The notes under the pieces are model-generated. The model was not told where the DNA came from. It saw only the letters and a list, made by a program, of their open reading frames with translations, and ran no database searches. A stretch of DNA of 64,000 nt from an uncultured Chloroflexia bacterium (GTDB taxonomy: Bacteria; Chloroflexota; Anaerolineae; Anaerolineales; UBA4823), in assembly GCA_963777965.1 (NCBI GenBank), contig CAVZSS010000035.1:33840-97839 (forward strand). Direction: 5' to 3'. The translations under genes were made by a program, and so were the position numbers. This document shows, piece by piece, positions 33,584 through 45,148 of the stretch (position 1 is the first letter of the stretch; the number at the start of each line of letters is the position of its first letter).

Positions 33584-34372
33584 ATGGGTGAAATGAGAGA
33601 CTCAATCAATTTTGATAGTCATATCCCATATTACATTCAATTGATCGACATATTGAGAGAAAAGGTACAGCAAGCTGAATGGGTTCCAGGCGATCAAATC
33701 CCTGGCGAGCAGGACCTTTGTGAACGATACCAGGTAAGCCGAACGGTCGTCAGGCAGGCGTTGAAAGAATTGGAATACGAAGGCGTGATCAGCCGCCAAA
33801 AAGGCAAAGGAACTTTCATTTCCCTGCCAAAAATCAGTGAAGGTCTTGTACAAAAGCTGACCGGTTTTTACCAGGATATGGTTGAGCGCGGCTTAAAACC
33901 GGGCACAAAAGTTCTTCACCAAAATGTCATCCCATCCAACGATAAGGTAGCCCGGTTCCTTAATATTAAACCAGGCGAGCAGGTGATCGATATTCAACGC
34001 CTGAGATTTATCAACGAAGAACCTATTCAATTCGTCACCACCTACATCCCATATGCGATCTGCCCTGAATTAGCCAGCGTAGATCTATCCAACCAATCTT
34101 TGTATGAATTTTTAGAGAAGGAATCCGGTATCGTATTAGCAAAAGGTCATCGCATCATCGAAGCTGTTCTTGCAAATGAAAATGAAGCTGCTCTCCTTGG
34201 GATCGAACGAGGTGCCCCATTATTGATGCTTGATAGTGTAAGTTTTTCCGATAACGGCCAGCCTATCGAGTACTATCATGCACTCCATCGCGGAGACAGG
34301 TCACGCTTCGAGGTTGAGCTGGTCAGGATCCGAGAATCCAACTCAAAAAACGGGGTGCCTGAGACGAGCTAG
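33584..34372 (+). CDS. GntR family (HutC subfamily, UTRA domain) transcriptional regulator
   Basis: PYYIQL, IPGEQDL, VSRTVVRQAL, KGKGTF HTH plus UTRA domain. Confidence 0.93.
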   Translation: MGEMRDSINFDSHIPYYIQLIDILREKVQQAEWVPGDQIPGEQDLCERYQVSRTVVRQALKELEYEGVISRQKGKGTFISLPKISEGLVQKLTGFYQDMVERGLKPGTKVLHQNVIPSNDKVARFLNIKPGEQVIDIQRLRFINEEPIQFVTTYIPYAICPELASVDLSNQSLYEFLEKESGIVLAKGHRIIEAVLANENEAALLGIERGAPLLMLDSVSFSDNGQPIEYYHALHRGDRSRFEVELVRIRESNSKNGVPETS

Positions 34373-34462
34373 CCAGATTCAGGCAAGCACATTATGGCAG
34401 ATCGTGTTTTCGAACGATACAATATTACAAGTTGCCCGGCTTAATGCACACTGGAGATAAAA

Positions 34463-35998
34463 ATGCAAAAGAAATACATGATCGGTGTTGATCTGGGAAC
34501 CAGCGGGACCAAGGCGGCACTCTATCAGATCGATGGAAAACTGATATCAGCCGCTTCGGTTGAAGTGCCACTCTATTATCCAAAACCGGGTGTGGTGGAG
34601 CAAGAAAATGAGGATTTCTATACCTCGGCAGCCAGGACCGTCCGTAGGTGCATTGAATCCAGCACTGTTGAACCAAACGAGATCGCTGCCATCGCCTTTG
34701 ATTCGCAAATGGCCGGCGTTGGATCGATCGACGAAAACTATAAACCCGCAACCCGGTTTGACTCATGGCTGGATATGCGCTGCCAGCCCTACATTGAGTG
34801 GATGGATAAAGAAGCCGGTGACCGGATCACGCAGCTGACAGGCTGCCCTCCCACGTGTGACCATGGCCCGAAGATGCTGTGGTGGAAGAATGAACAGCCA
34901 GATATCTATCAGCGGATAGCGAAATTTGTGATGCCCGGGACTTATGTGGTGGGCAGAATTGCCGGTTTAAATGCGGATCAGGCGTTTATCGACCATACCT
35001 ATATCCATTTTTCAGGCTTTTCCGATGGTCAAAAGACTGCCTGGTCGGATGAGCTGTGTGAGCGCTTTGGATTGGATATGGATAAACTCCCAAAGATTGT
35101 GGATCCCAGTGAAATTGTTGGGGAAGTGTCGGAGAAAGCGGCAAAAGAGTTTGGGCTGGCTCCCGGTACGCTTATCGCGGCTGGGGCTGGGGACACTGCG
35201 GCAAACGCCCTCGGTGCGGGCATCGTGAACTCGGGCATGCTTTTTGATGTGGCTGGCACTGCCTCGGTACTGGCTGGGTGCACCAGTAAATTTGTTGCCG
35301 ATATCAAAAATCGTGCTTTGATCACCATGCGCTCAGTGATACCCGGATTGTGGAATCCGCTGGCGTATATTGGCGGCGGAGGCCTGGCACTGCGTTGGTA
35401 CCGCGATCAATTTTATAATCAAGCCCGCGGGGAAAGCCTTCCAATCCCTGATGAAGATTTATACCCACAGATGATTGCACTTGCTGAGACAATTGCTCCC
35501 GGCTCGGAGGGGCTGTTCTTTTCTCCGCACTTGGGGGGGCGCATTTGTCCCTCAAGCCCGGATATGCGCGGGGCATGGGTAGGCGTGTCTTGGTCGCATA
35601 CACAGGCCCATTTTGCCCGCGCCATATTAGAAAGCATCGCCTTTGAATATGCATATTATCTAAAGATATTAAAGGACTCCTTACCCGACCTGGTGTTGAC
35701 GGAAGCGCGTGTGGTAGGCGGTGGAGCACGCAGTGAGACCTGGAATCAGATCAAGGCTGATATTCTCAACGTGCCCTATCAAAGGCTGGTTGGCAACGAA
35801 TTTGGCGCCTGGGGAGCAGCCATGATCGCAGGTAAAGCGGCGGGATTGATTACCGACCTGGCTTCGCACGCTGAGCGCACAGCACTGGTGAATGGGGCAC
35901 CATTCTATCCGGTAAAAGGAAATCATGAGGCCTATATTCCCCTGATAGAAAAATATATCAGGCTGGAACAAACTCTAAACCAGTTTTATACATCGTGA
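34463..35998 (+). CDS. FGGY family carbohydrate kinase (xylulokinase-like)
   Basis: IGVDLGTSGTK, WLDMR, AGAGD, VVGGGARS..W.QIKAD. Confidence 0.9.
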   Translation: MQKKYMIGVDLGTSGTKAALYQIDGKLISAASVEVPLYYPKPGVVEQENEDFYTSAARTVRRCIESSTVEPNEIAAIAFDSQMAGVGSIDENYKPATRFDSWLDMRCQPYIEWMDKEAGDRITQLTGCPPTCDHGPKMLWWKNEQPDIYQRIAKFVMPGTYVVGRIAGLNADQAFIDHTYIHFSGFSDGQKTAWSDELCERFGLDMDKLPKIVDPSEIVGEVSEKAAKEFGLAPGTLIAAGAGDTAANALGAGIVNSGMLFDVAGTASVLAGCTSKFVADIKNRALITMRSVIPGLWNPLAYIGGGGLALRWYRDQFYNQARGESLPIPDEDLYPQMIALAETIAPGSEGLFFSPHLGGRICPSSPDMRGAWVGVSWSHTQAHFARAILESIAFEYAYYLKILKDSLPDLVLTEARVVGGGARSETWNQIKADILNVPYQRLVGNEFGAWGAAMIAGKAAGLITDLASHAERTALVNGAPFYPVKGNHEAYIPLIEKYIRLEQTLNQFYTS

Positions 35999-36048
35999 TC
36001 ACCTTGTTTACACGATAACCCAAGGGTTTTATTTTTGAGGAAGCATCG

Positions 36049-37086
36049 ATGAAAAAACAAATTCGTATTTGCATGATCGGTGGGGGAAGAGTAGGGAAAA
36101 ACCACTCGCGAGCACTCACTGGCTATGTGCCCGGTGGAAAAATCGTTGCCCTGGTTGAAACCAGTGCTCAGGTGCGTGAAGAAACCGCACGTGAATTCGG
36201 GATTGAGAACCAATTTGATTCGCTTGAGGCAGCCCTTGAAAAAGTTGACTTTGATGCGGTAGTCATCACCACCCCCACCCCCACTCACCTGCCCATCACT
36301 GCCCTGGCAGCTGAAAATAAAAAGCATGTATTCCTGGAAAAACCGATGGCATTGAATTTGCAGGAATGCGATGAGATCATGAATGTGATTAATAAGAACT
36401 CAGTTTTTTTGCAGTTGGGCTTTATGCGCCGATTTGACCCCGAGTTTGTCGCAGCCGCAGAACGTATTGAAGCGGGAGAAATCGGTCAACCCATGATGAT
36501 CAAGACCAACACGCATGGCCCTGGCTTACCGCCAGCCTGGGCGCGTGACCTGCGCTCTTCAAACGGCATGCTGGCAGAAGTCAACAGCCATGATTGGGAT
36601 ACTCTACGCTGGTTTATGGCTTCAAACCTGGAAAGAGTATATACAGAGGTGGCTAATTTTAAGGGAGCAGCTAACAATGTGGATACCCCGAATTTTTACG
36701 ATAATGCCATCGTCAATGTCAAATTCGAAAATGGCGGCTTGGGGATGATCTCTGGTATATGCCCGTGCGGCTATGGATACGACGCGCGGGTTGAGATCGT
36801 AGGTGAAAAAGGGATTATGCAAATTGGCGAGCTCAAAGGACAATCCATTTTAGTCTGCACCAACCGCGATCAGGGACTGATCACACCTATCTACCGGACC
36901 TGGCCAGAGCGTTTCAAGTGGGCATATATCAATGAATTGGAGCATTTTGTCAGCTGTATCCAAAATGATACCCCTCCACGTGCCGGAGGAATTGATGGAC
37001 GTTGGGCAGTGGCGGGTGTTTTAGCCGGGACAAAATCCTTCCTGGAAGGACGTCCTGTCTACTTGAAGGAAATAATTAATGCATGA
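36049..37086 (+). CDS. Gfo/Idh/MocA oxidoreductase (inositol 2-dehydrogenase-like)
   Basis: IGGGRVG, LEKPMA, GFMRRFD, GYGYDAR. Confidence 0.9.
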   Translation: MKKQIRICMIGGGRVGKNHSRALTGYVPGGKIVALVETSAQVREETAREFGIENQFDSLEAALEKVDFDAVVITTPTPTHLPITALAAENKKHVFLEKPMALNLQECDEIMNVINKNSVFLQLGFMRRFDPEFVAAAERIEAGEIGQPMMIKTNTHGPGLPPAWARDLRSSNGMLAEVNSHDWDTLRWFMASNLERVYTEVANFKGAANNVDTPNFYDNAIVNVKFENGGLGMISGICPCGYGYDARVEIVGEKGIMQIGELKGQSILVCTNRDQGLITPIYRTWPERFKWAYINELEHFVSCIQNDTPPRAGGIDGRWAVAGVLAGTKSFLEGRPVYLKEIINA

Positions 37087-38152
37087 GCCGCAAGGCAAGG
37101 AAGGCAATATGCTGGCAGCTGTATATCATGGACCCAATGACTTACGTGTAGAAAACGTACCCATTCCTGAAATTGGTAGCGATGAAATTCTGGTAAAAGT
37201 AATCAGTGCCAGCATTTGTGGAACTGATTTACGGATCTTCCATGGAAATCACCGCATGTACGCGCCCGGGACCGTGCGCATCCCAGGACACGAGGTGGTC
37301 GGTTCGATCGCAAAAATCGGTGCAGGAGTCACCAATTATTCCATTGGCCAACGTGTGTTTTGTGCCCCAAATACCGGCTGTGGGCACTGTGAGCAGTGCG
37401 TCACCGGCAACAATAATTTATGCGCCAACTATGACGCCATTGGTGTAACTTCAGACGGTGGTTTTGCAGAATTTGTTCGCATACCTGCCAATTCGGTCAG
37501 GCAGGGGAATGTGATACCCATCAGCGAGACTGTTGATCCAGCTGTGGCTGCCTTGATGGAGCCTTTTGCATGCGTCCTCAGAGGCCAGAATGCGCTGCAC
37601 ATCGGGGCGGGTGAAGTTGTATTAATTATGGGCGCCGGACCCATCGGGGTGATGCATATCAAGCTCGCCAAAGCGCGTGGCGCAGGTCGCATCATTGTCA
37701 GCGAACCGATACCTGATCGGGCTGTACAAGCGATAAGGATGGGCGCCGATCGGGTGGTTGATCCGGTTTCAGAAGATCTAAAGGCAATCTTGCTGGAGGA
37801 AAGTCACGGGCATGGCGCGGATGCGATCATCGTGGCAGCCCCCATTCATGCAGCACAGGAAAGTACCCTCGATCTCGCCGCCATTGGCGGGAGAATCAAC
37901 TTTTTCGGTGGGCTTCCCAAGGATCGTCCCAACATCAATATTAATTCCAACCTGGTGCATTACAAGGAATTGGTGATCACCGGGACGACAGCATGCAGCA
38001 CGGCTGATTGTTGGCAAGCAACCCGTCTCGTCAATTCCGGTATTGTCGATCTTTCAGACCTGGTCAGCCAGCGATTTCCATTGAAGGATGTAGCGCTGGC
38101 TTTTGCGGCTGCTGAAGACCGTAAATCATTAAAGATCGTCCTGGAACCATAG
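37079..38152 (+). CDS. Zn-dependent polyol dehydrogenase (L-iditol/sorbitol DH-like)
   Basis: ICGTD, GHE, CGHCEQC..C structural Zn, GAGPIG. Confidence 0.9.
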   Translation: MHEPQGKEGNMLAAVYHGPNDLRVENVPIPEIGSDEILVKVISASICGTDLRIFHGNHRMYAPGTVRIPGHEVVGSIAKIGAGVTNYSIGQRVFCAPNTGCGHCEQCVTGNNNLCANYDAIGVTSDGGFAEFVRIPANSVRQGNVIPISETVDPAVAALMEPFACVLRGQNALHIGAGEVVLIMGAGPIGVMHIKLAKARGAGRIIVSEPIPDRAVQAIRMGADRVVDPVSEDLKAILLEESHGHGADAIIVAAPIHAAQESTLDLAAIGGRINFFGGLPKDRPNININSNLVHYKELVITGTTACSTADCWQATRLVNSGIVDLSDLVSQRFPLKDVALAFAAAEDRKSLKIVLEP

Positions 38153-38157
38153 ACCCG

Positions 38158-39121
38158 ATGCCTCTCTCCTCGCCTCCCATCGTTCCGCGGCCGGTCATGA
38201 CAGTTCAGGGACCTGTCCCATACGAACAGCTTGGTATTACAGATGTGCATAATCATGTATGGATTGAGGCTGTGCCGGGTGCGGCACCAGGCAGCCCGGT
38301 TCTGGACCAATACGACCTCATTTTGAAAGAATTATTTGAGTATCGACAACAGGGTGGTGGAACGATCCTGGATTGCCAGCCAGGTGGATGCGGCCGGAAC
38401 GGAAGCATGTTATTGGAACTTTCAAAAGCTTCCAAGGTAAATATCCTCGCCTGTACAGGTTTTCACCGGAAAAAGTATTACCCGCAAAATTATTGGCTTT
38501 GGGATACAAGCGCAGAAAAAATAAGTGAGTTCCTGTGTGCTGATTTGGAACATGGGCTGGTGGAGACGCTGGACACGCCATCAGCTGTCAGAGCGGGATT
38601 CATCAAAATCGCCCTCGAATCCAGCTGGGCGGAATGCCCGCAGGCCGCCCTGGAGGGCACGGCTCTAGCCGCGTATAAAACAAATGCATTGCTTGAAATC
38701 CATACTGAAAAGGGTTCCCTGGCTGAGAAGGCTTGCATTTATTTTACCGATAGAGGCCTGCAGCCTCACCAACTTGTGCTTTGCCACATGGATAAAAGAC
38801 CAGATTTCGGCCTGCACCAGGCGCTTGCCAGTTTTGGCGTCCTGCTCGAATATGACACATTCTATCGACCCAAATACAACCCGGCAACCAGGCTTTGGCC
38901 GCTGATTGAGCAAATGGTTGGAGCAGGCCTCTCCAGTCGAATTGCCCTCGCCACCGATATGGCTGAGTCTGCCCTTTACCACCATCTGGGCGGTGGTCCA
39001 GGTCTGGCAAGCCTGCCCGGTGAGATACAGGATACACTGAGACAAAAAGGCATTCCCGGCTGATGCCATAGCCCAAATGCTGGGTGGGAATATCGCCCGT
39101 CGGCTGGCTGGGATCAATTAG
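38158..39121 (+). CDS. Phosphotriesterase-related protein (probable sugar lactonase; frameshift near 39060)
   Basis: DVHNH, GFIKIA, IHTE, CHMD, EYD, ATD motifs. Confidence 0.85.
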
Positions 39122-39139
39122 ATAAACTAGGAGAATACA

Positions 39140-39712
39140 ATGATTGACTTACCATTTACATTCACGCTCCCTATGCCGCAGGTCATTCCTTCCAGGGTGG
39201 ATAACCACATCGAGAGGCGCTTATCAGCCCTGCGTGGCCAATTTTTTGACCAGGAAACCTATCATTCCATGCTTTCCAAGGAAGATCGGTTGATTTATGA
39301 AGTATATGAAATTCAACGACCCGAGGTGGAAGGCGAATTCCTGATGGGAATATCCATCGTCCATCCAGGCAAAGTGGGAAGGGAGTTTTTTATGACCAAG
39401 GGACATTTCCATTCCGTCCTTGAGACCTCGGAAATTTATTATTGTTTGCGCGGCGAAGGCTTTATGGTGATGGAGACACCCGAAGGCGATACTTCGGTCG
39501 AAGCCCTTTCTCCCGGCAAAGTGCTCTATGTACCACCGCGCTGGGCTCACCGTTCGGTGTGCACCTCACGGCAGGAGGACCTGGTGACCTTCTTTGCCTA
39601 CCCCGGAAATGCCGGCCATGATTACGGCACCATCGAGCGCCAGGGTTTTCGAAAGCTGGTCCTGGACGGGGAAAACGGACCTGAAATTGTCGATAACCCC
39701 CGCTGCAAATAA
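39140..39712 (+). CDS. Cupin-type (archaeal) glucose-6-phosphate isomerase-like protein
   Basis: PGKVGREFFMTKGHFH...EIY, YVPPRWAHRS, AGHDYGTI match Pyrococcus-type cupin PGI. Confidence 0.88.
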   Translation: MIDLPFTFTLPMPQVIPSRVDNHIERRLSALRGQFFDQETYHSMLSKEDRLIYEVYEIQRPEVEGEFLMGISIVHPGKVGREFFMTKGHFHSVLETSEIYYCLRGEGFMVMETPEGDTSVEALSPGKVLYVPPRWAHRSVCTSRQEDLVTFFAYPGNAGHDYGTIERQGFRKLVLDGENGPEIVDNPRCK

Positions 39713-39724
39713 CCTGGAGAACTT

Positions 39725-40689
39725 ATGAATCTTAAAGAATGTCGTTTGCTGGTCACTCCCACTTCCTATGGCAAGAATGATGCGCGGCTCAAGACAGAAC
39801 TCGAAGCGCAGGTGGGTGAAGTGATCTACAACCCGACCGGGAAGCCGCTTTCATCAGCCGAGGTTGCACGCCTATTGCCCGGGATAGATGGTTATATTGC
39901 CGGCCTGGATGCCATCGATGCGGAGGCATTAAAAGCTGCTGATCGGCTTAAAGTGATCTGCCGTTATGGGGTTGGTGTTGACAATGTGGATCTGGATCTG
40001 CACGGGAAAAAGGGATCATCGTCACCAACACGCCCGGTGCGAATTCTGTTTCGGTCGCAGAGCTCGCACTTGGATTGATCCTGGCATTGGCGCGCCAGAT
40101 CCCTGAAGCGGTCGAGGCAGTGCATCAAGGGAAATGGCCGCGTTATTCAGGGATCAGCCTTGAAGGGAAAGACCATCGGCATTTTGGGATTGGGAGCGAT
40201 CGGTAAACAGCTTGCCCGCCGTCTCCTGGTTTTGACTGCAACATCTTGGCTTATGATCCTTTTGCTGACGCTGCCTTTGCAAAAGAAAACCAGGTTGAGC
40301 TGGCATCGATGGATGAAGTGATCGTGAAATCAGATTTTGTCAGCTTGCATCTTCCGCTTCTGCCTGAGACACGCGGCTTGGTGAATGATACCTTTTTGAA
40401 CAGGATGAAAAAAGGTTCTTACCTGATCAACACATCACGGGGAGAGGTTGTGGATGAAGATGCCTTGTTGAGAGCACTTCAAAGCGGTCATCTAAAGGGC
40501 GCCGGGCTGGATGCTTTCACGGTCGAACCACCCGATCCCAAGAATCCACTCTTGAACTTACCGCAGGTCATCGCCACGCCGCATCTGGGCGCTCAAACCG
40601 ATGGAGCCACCAGCAATATGGGCTGGTTTGCCATGCGGGATTGCCTGGCGGTGTTAAATAATGAACAACCAAAGTATAGGGTTGCTTAG
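39725..40689 (+). CDS. D-2-hydroxyacid dehydrogenase (phosphoglycerate dehydrogenase-like; frameshifts 40000-40230)
   Basis: RYGVGVDNVD, GLGAIG, SLHLPL, INTSRG, DAF..EP, TPHLG. Confidence 0.88.
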
Positions 40690-40723
40690 CCAATCCTGAT
40701 CATGGAATCTATTTGGAGGAAAA

Positions 40724-41368
40724 ATGAATAAAACAGAAATGTTGGAAAAAGTAAAGGAATTGGGGCTGCTGGCTGTGATCCGTGGCCCATCGGCTGAGTT
40801 GACGGTCAAAATGGTGGAAGCGCTGGTCGCAGGCGGTGTTTTAGGCATCGAGATCACTTACAGCACACCCAACGCAGAGGAAGTGGTACGAACGCTCTCC
40901 AAGATGTTTGGCAGCCGTATCGTGCTTGGGATGGGAACCCTGACCAAACCTGAGCAAACTCTTTCAGCAAAAGAAGCCGGGGCAAACTTCCTTGTCAGCC
41001 CGGTTTGTGAGCCAGTCCTGGTAAAAAGCATGGTTGACAGCGGGCTATTAACCATGGCTGGGGCACTCACCCCCACTGAAGTGTTGCAGGCATACAACCT
41101 TGGCTCAGATGTGGTAAAAATCTTCCCAGGCTCACTGGGTGGACCAGCCTATGTCAAAGCCCTTAAAGGACCTTTCCCATACATCCCAATGATGCCCACA
41201 GGCGGGGTAAGCGCCAGTAATGTGGCGGAATGGTTCGCCACCGGGGTTGTCGCTGTCGGTGCAGGCAGCGAGCTTTGCCCACCTCAATTGGCAAAGGAAG
41301 GGAAATTTGATGAAATCACCAAACGAGCTGCCGAGTTCGTGCAGGTTGTGAAATCTGCCAGAGTATAG
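40724..41368 (+). CDS. eda: KDPG/KHG aldolase
   Basis: AVIRG, IEIT, GALTPTE, VKIFPG, PTGGV. Confidence 0.88.
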   Translation: MNKTEMLEKVKELGLLAVIRGPSAELTVKMVEALVAGGVLGIEITYSTPNAEEVVRTLSKMFGSRIVLGMGTLTKPEQTLSAKEAGANFLVSPVCEPVLVKSMVDSGLLTMAGALTPTEVLQAYNLGSDVVKIFPGSLGGPAYVKALKGPFPYIPMMPTGGVSASNVAEWFATGVVAVGAGSELCPPQLAKEGKFDEITKRAAEFVQVVKSARV

Positions 41369-41392
41369 ACACCATTGATGAGAGTATTTCTG

Positions 41393-42353
41393 ATGAATAA
41401 AGAAAATTATCCTGTTGTAACAAAGACGGTTCCCACCTTTTATTTTATCGGTGTGACCACCGGAAAATCCTCGATCATGAAGGTTTTTCCCTTGTGGATG
41501 AAAGTACTCGGCCGTGAAGAGGTCGTCATGGAAGGCGTGGATTGTAAGATCCATGATGAACCCGAGGCATACCGCAGAGCAGTTGCCCAGATCAAATATG
41601 ATCCACTCTCGCTTGGCTCACTGGTGACCACACATAAAATCGACCTTCTCAACGCCGCCCGGGATATGTTTGATTATCTTGATCCGTATGCCATGATCAC
41701 CGGTGAAATTTCCTGCATTTCCAAGCTGGATGGTCGCCTTGGAAGGACATGCAAAGGATCCTCTCACTTCAGGTGCCAGCCTGGATGCGATCATCGAGCC
41801 AGGATATTTTGCCAGGACAAACGGGGACGTGCTGTGCTTTGGTGCAGGTGGGTCAGGCGTCGCCACCCTGCTGCACCTGATCAATAAAAAAGACAAAGGT
41901 GACCGTCCCAAGAAGTTCACCTTCGTGAACCGTTCGCAGGGACGGCTGGACCATGCCAAAGAGATGGTGGGCGGACTAAAGACCGATATCGAGATCGAGT
42001 ATATCTGCAACTCCGATCCGTTGATCAACGACAAGATCATGGAGAAATTCCCTCCATACAGCATCATCATCAACGCCACCGGTATGGGCAAGGACACACC
42101 CGGTTCTCCGATCACCTGGGAAGGAAAATTCCCGATGAATGCCATTGCATGGGAATTCAACTACCGGGGAGAGCTGGATTTTCTGCACCAATCCCTGGCA
42201 CAGGTGGAAAGCCGCCATGTGAAAGTGGAAGATGGCTGGATCTATTTTGTGCATGGCTGGACGCAGGTGGTTGCCCAGGTGCTGCATTTCGACCTCACCC
42301 CGGCCTTATTCGACCAGCTGAATCAAGCCGCTTCATCGGTCCGAGGAAAATAA
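41393..42353 (+). CDS. Shikimate dehydrogenase-like protein (frameshift near 41740)
   Basis: LVTTHK (cf. VTxPHK), GAGGSG, VNRS, IINATGMG, Y..G, DGW; atypical GVTTGKSSI N-terminus. Confidence 0.75.
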
Positions 42354-42373
42354 TCATTTCGAAAGGTATATAT

Positions 42374-42821
42374 ATGAGCGAAAAAACCGAACGCGCAAAA
42401 CAGCTTCACGAACAAGGGTATGGCTGCGCTCAGGCAGTGCTGACATCATATGCTGGCGATTTTGGATTGGAGGAAAGCCTCGCCCTGAAACTGGCGACTG
42501 GTTTCGGCTCAGGAATGGGTCGCATGTGTGAGGTATGCGGTGCCCTCACCGGTGCGTTCATGGTGATCGGGTTGAAGTATGGCAAGGAAAAGACTGACGG
42601 CACCCGCTACGGAACGGAGACGGAGACGACCTATCGCCTGGTTGCCGACCTGGCAGGAAAATTCCAGGAGAAGAACGGTTCAATATACTGCCGGGAACTG
42701 ATCGGACATAACCTGATGGATCCCGACTGAAAGAGCAAAAGTGGTGGAGCTAGGATTATTCAAGACCACTTGCAGAAAATGTATCCTGGATGCAGTGGAA
42801 CTGCTTGAGGAAACGCTTTGA
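42374..42821 (+). CDS. C_GCAxxG_C_C family putative redox protein (frameshift near 42729)
   Basis: GYGCAQAV, GFGSGMG..VCGALTG, SIYCREL, C..C near C-terminus. Confidence 0.85.
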
Positions 42822-42853
42822 AAAGACATGCATTCATGAAAGGTGGTTCGGGT

Positions 42854-43552
42854 ATGCGATTGACCGCAAATGACATTGCCAGGATGATCGATCTCTCTTG
42901 TGTGCGGACGACCTCCAACAAGGCAGATATCGATGAGATGGTGGAGGCAGCGCGGAAATATGGCTTCGGACAGGTCTCGGTCCTGCAATGCTTCATCCCC
43001 TACACAAAACAGCTGCTCGAGAGGTTCACCGGATATTCGCCTGGTGGGGAATGTGAGCTTCCCATCCGGCTCGGATTCCACTTCGCTGAAAATTATGCAG
43101 GCAAAAGAAATGATGGCAGCTGGCTGTGACGAAATCGATATGGTCATGAACATCGGCAAGCTGCGCTCAGGGGAGCTGGCTGAGGTGGAAGCAGATGTGC
43201 GGTGCAGTTGTTCGAAACCGTGCACCCGCTCCCGGTAAAGGTGATCATCGAGATCATGTACCTGACCATGGAAGAGACATCGCAGGCATGCGACATCTGC
43301 CTGCGTACGGGAGCAGCATTCATAAAAACCGGTACCGGTTGGGCTAACCGCGGCACCACCCTGGAAGATGTGCGCTTGATTAAATCACTGGTAGGTGATC
43401 GGATCAAGATCAAAGCCTCGGGTGGTATCCGCGAATTGAGAACTTTGGTGGATATGTACCATGCCGGAGCAAGGCGCTTTGGTGTGAATCTCAAGAGTGG
43501 AATAAAAATTGTGGAGGAGTGTTTGGCTTTAGGATCAAAGATAGAAGTTTAG
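42854..43552 (+). CDS. deoC: Deoxyribose-phosphate aldolase-like (frameshifts near 43025, 43205)
   Basis: VSFPSG, DEIDMVMNIG, KVIIE, FIKTGTG, IKASGGIR. Confidence 0.8.
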
Positions 43553-43578
43553 CTTTCAGACACATAAACGGGTAAACC

Positions 43579-45119
43579 ATGGATAAGAAAATCATCTCGT
43601 TTGATCTTGGAACCGGCGGAAATAAAGCCTTTCTTATATGATATGGAAGGCAACTGCCTGGCGAGTGCATTTGTTCCCTACACCACCCAATATCCCCAGG
43701 TGGGCTGGCATGAACAGCGCCCCCTGGATTGGTGGAATGCCGTGGTGGAAAGCACCCGCCAGCTGCTTGACATCCAGCGGAGTGAATAAGGATGAAATCG
43801 CCTGCATCGGTATTTCCGGGCACAGCCTGGGCGCGGTTCCGGTGGATAAAGATGGGAACCTGCTGCGCGATGAAACCCCGATCTGGTCCGATATTCGCGC
43901 CCAAAAGGAAGTCGAGGATTTCTTCAGGAAGATCGATCCGGATGAATGGTACCTGACCACTGGCAATGGGTTCCCAGCAGCCTGTTATACCGTGTTCAAG
44001 GTCATGTGGTACAAAAACCACGAACCTGACATGTGGAAGAAGGTTCATAAAATCCTTGGTACCAAGGACTATATCAATTTCAAACTCACCGGAAAGCTCC
44101 TGACCGATTATTCATACGCCTCCGGCACAGGTATCTACGACTTGAAAGGCTGGAAATATTGCCAGGAATTCATCACTGCCAGCGGTATCCCGGCGGATGT
44201 GTGGCCGGAGATCGTTCCTTCCACGCAGGTACTCGGTAATGTGCTGCCTGATGTGGCAAGCGAGATGGGATTAGGCTGCGATGTCCTGGTCGTTTGCGGC
44301 GGGGTGGATAACTCGTGCATGGCTTTGGGGGCAAAAAATATCAGGGACGGGCGAGTGTATACATCACTGGGTTCATCTGCCTGGATCGCGGTCTCATCTG
44401 AACAGCCCGTTCTGGATAAGAAATATAAGCCATACGTGTTCACGCATGTGATGCCAAATATGTTCACCTCAGCAGTCAGCATCTTCTCTGCCGGGACATC
44501 CTTTACGTGGGTGAAGGACAATATCTGCAGTGATCTAAACGCAGAAGCCCAGGCTGCTAATAAAGACGTTTATCTACTGATGAACCAGGAAGCAGAAAAA
44601 GCACCGATTGGCTCGAACAAACTGCTTTTCAACCCAAGCCTGGCCGGTGGAACCTCGCAGGACGCCAGCGTGCATATCCGCGGGGCATACCTTGGATTGG
44701 ACCTGAAACATGGTAAACCTGAGCTCATCCGCGCTGCCATGGAGGGTATTGCCATGAACCTGCGCCTGCGCCTGGATCTTCTGCGCCAATATACCCGGCT
44801 GGAGGATGAGATCCTTTTCGTGGGTGGAGGGGCAAAAAGCCGCTTCTACCTGGGCATCTTCGCCGATGTGTTCAATACCCGCATCTTAAAAACCAATATT
44901 GACCAGGATGCAGCTGCCCTGGGTGCAGCCGCAATTGCAGCTGTGGGCTGCGGGTTATGGCAGAATTTCGAGAAGATCGACAAGATCCATAAGACGGTTG
45001 AAGTGGTTGAGCCGGATAAGGAAAACAACCGCAAATACGAAAAGCTTCTGCCGGTTTTTGCCCTATCCGCTGAATACCAGGCACACATCAGTGAGGCATT
45101 GAGAGAAATTGAGTTATAA
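43579..45119 (+). CDS. FGGY family carbohydrate kinase (xylulokinase-like; frameshift near 43775)
   Basis: FDLGTGGNKA, WSDIRA, TDYSYASGT, GGVDN, VGGGAKS. Confidence 0.9.
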
Positions 45120-45148
45120 ATACTCGATAATGACGAATATTTTGATTA

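Noticed and set aside
42728..42730. TGA in the Cys-rich C_GCAxxG protein (and at 8421, 39061) as selenocysteine
   Set aside because: Homology continues in a different frame, not in-frame, so these are insertion artefacts
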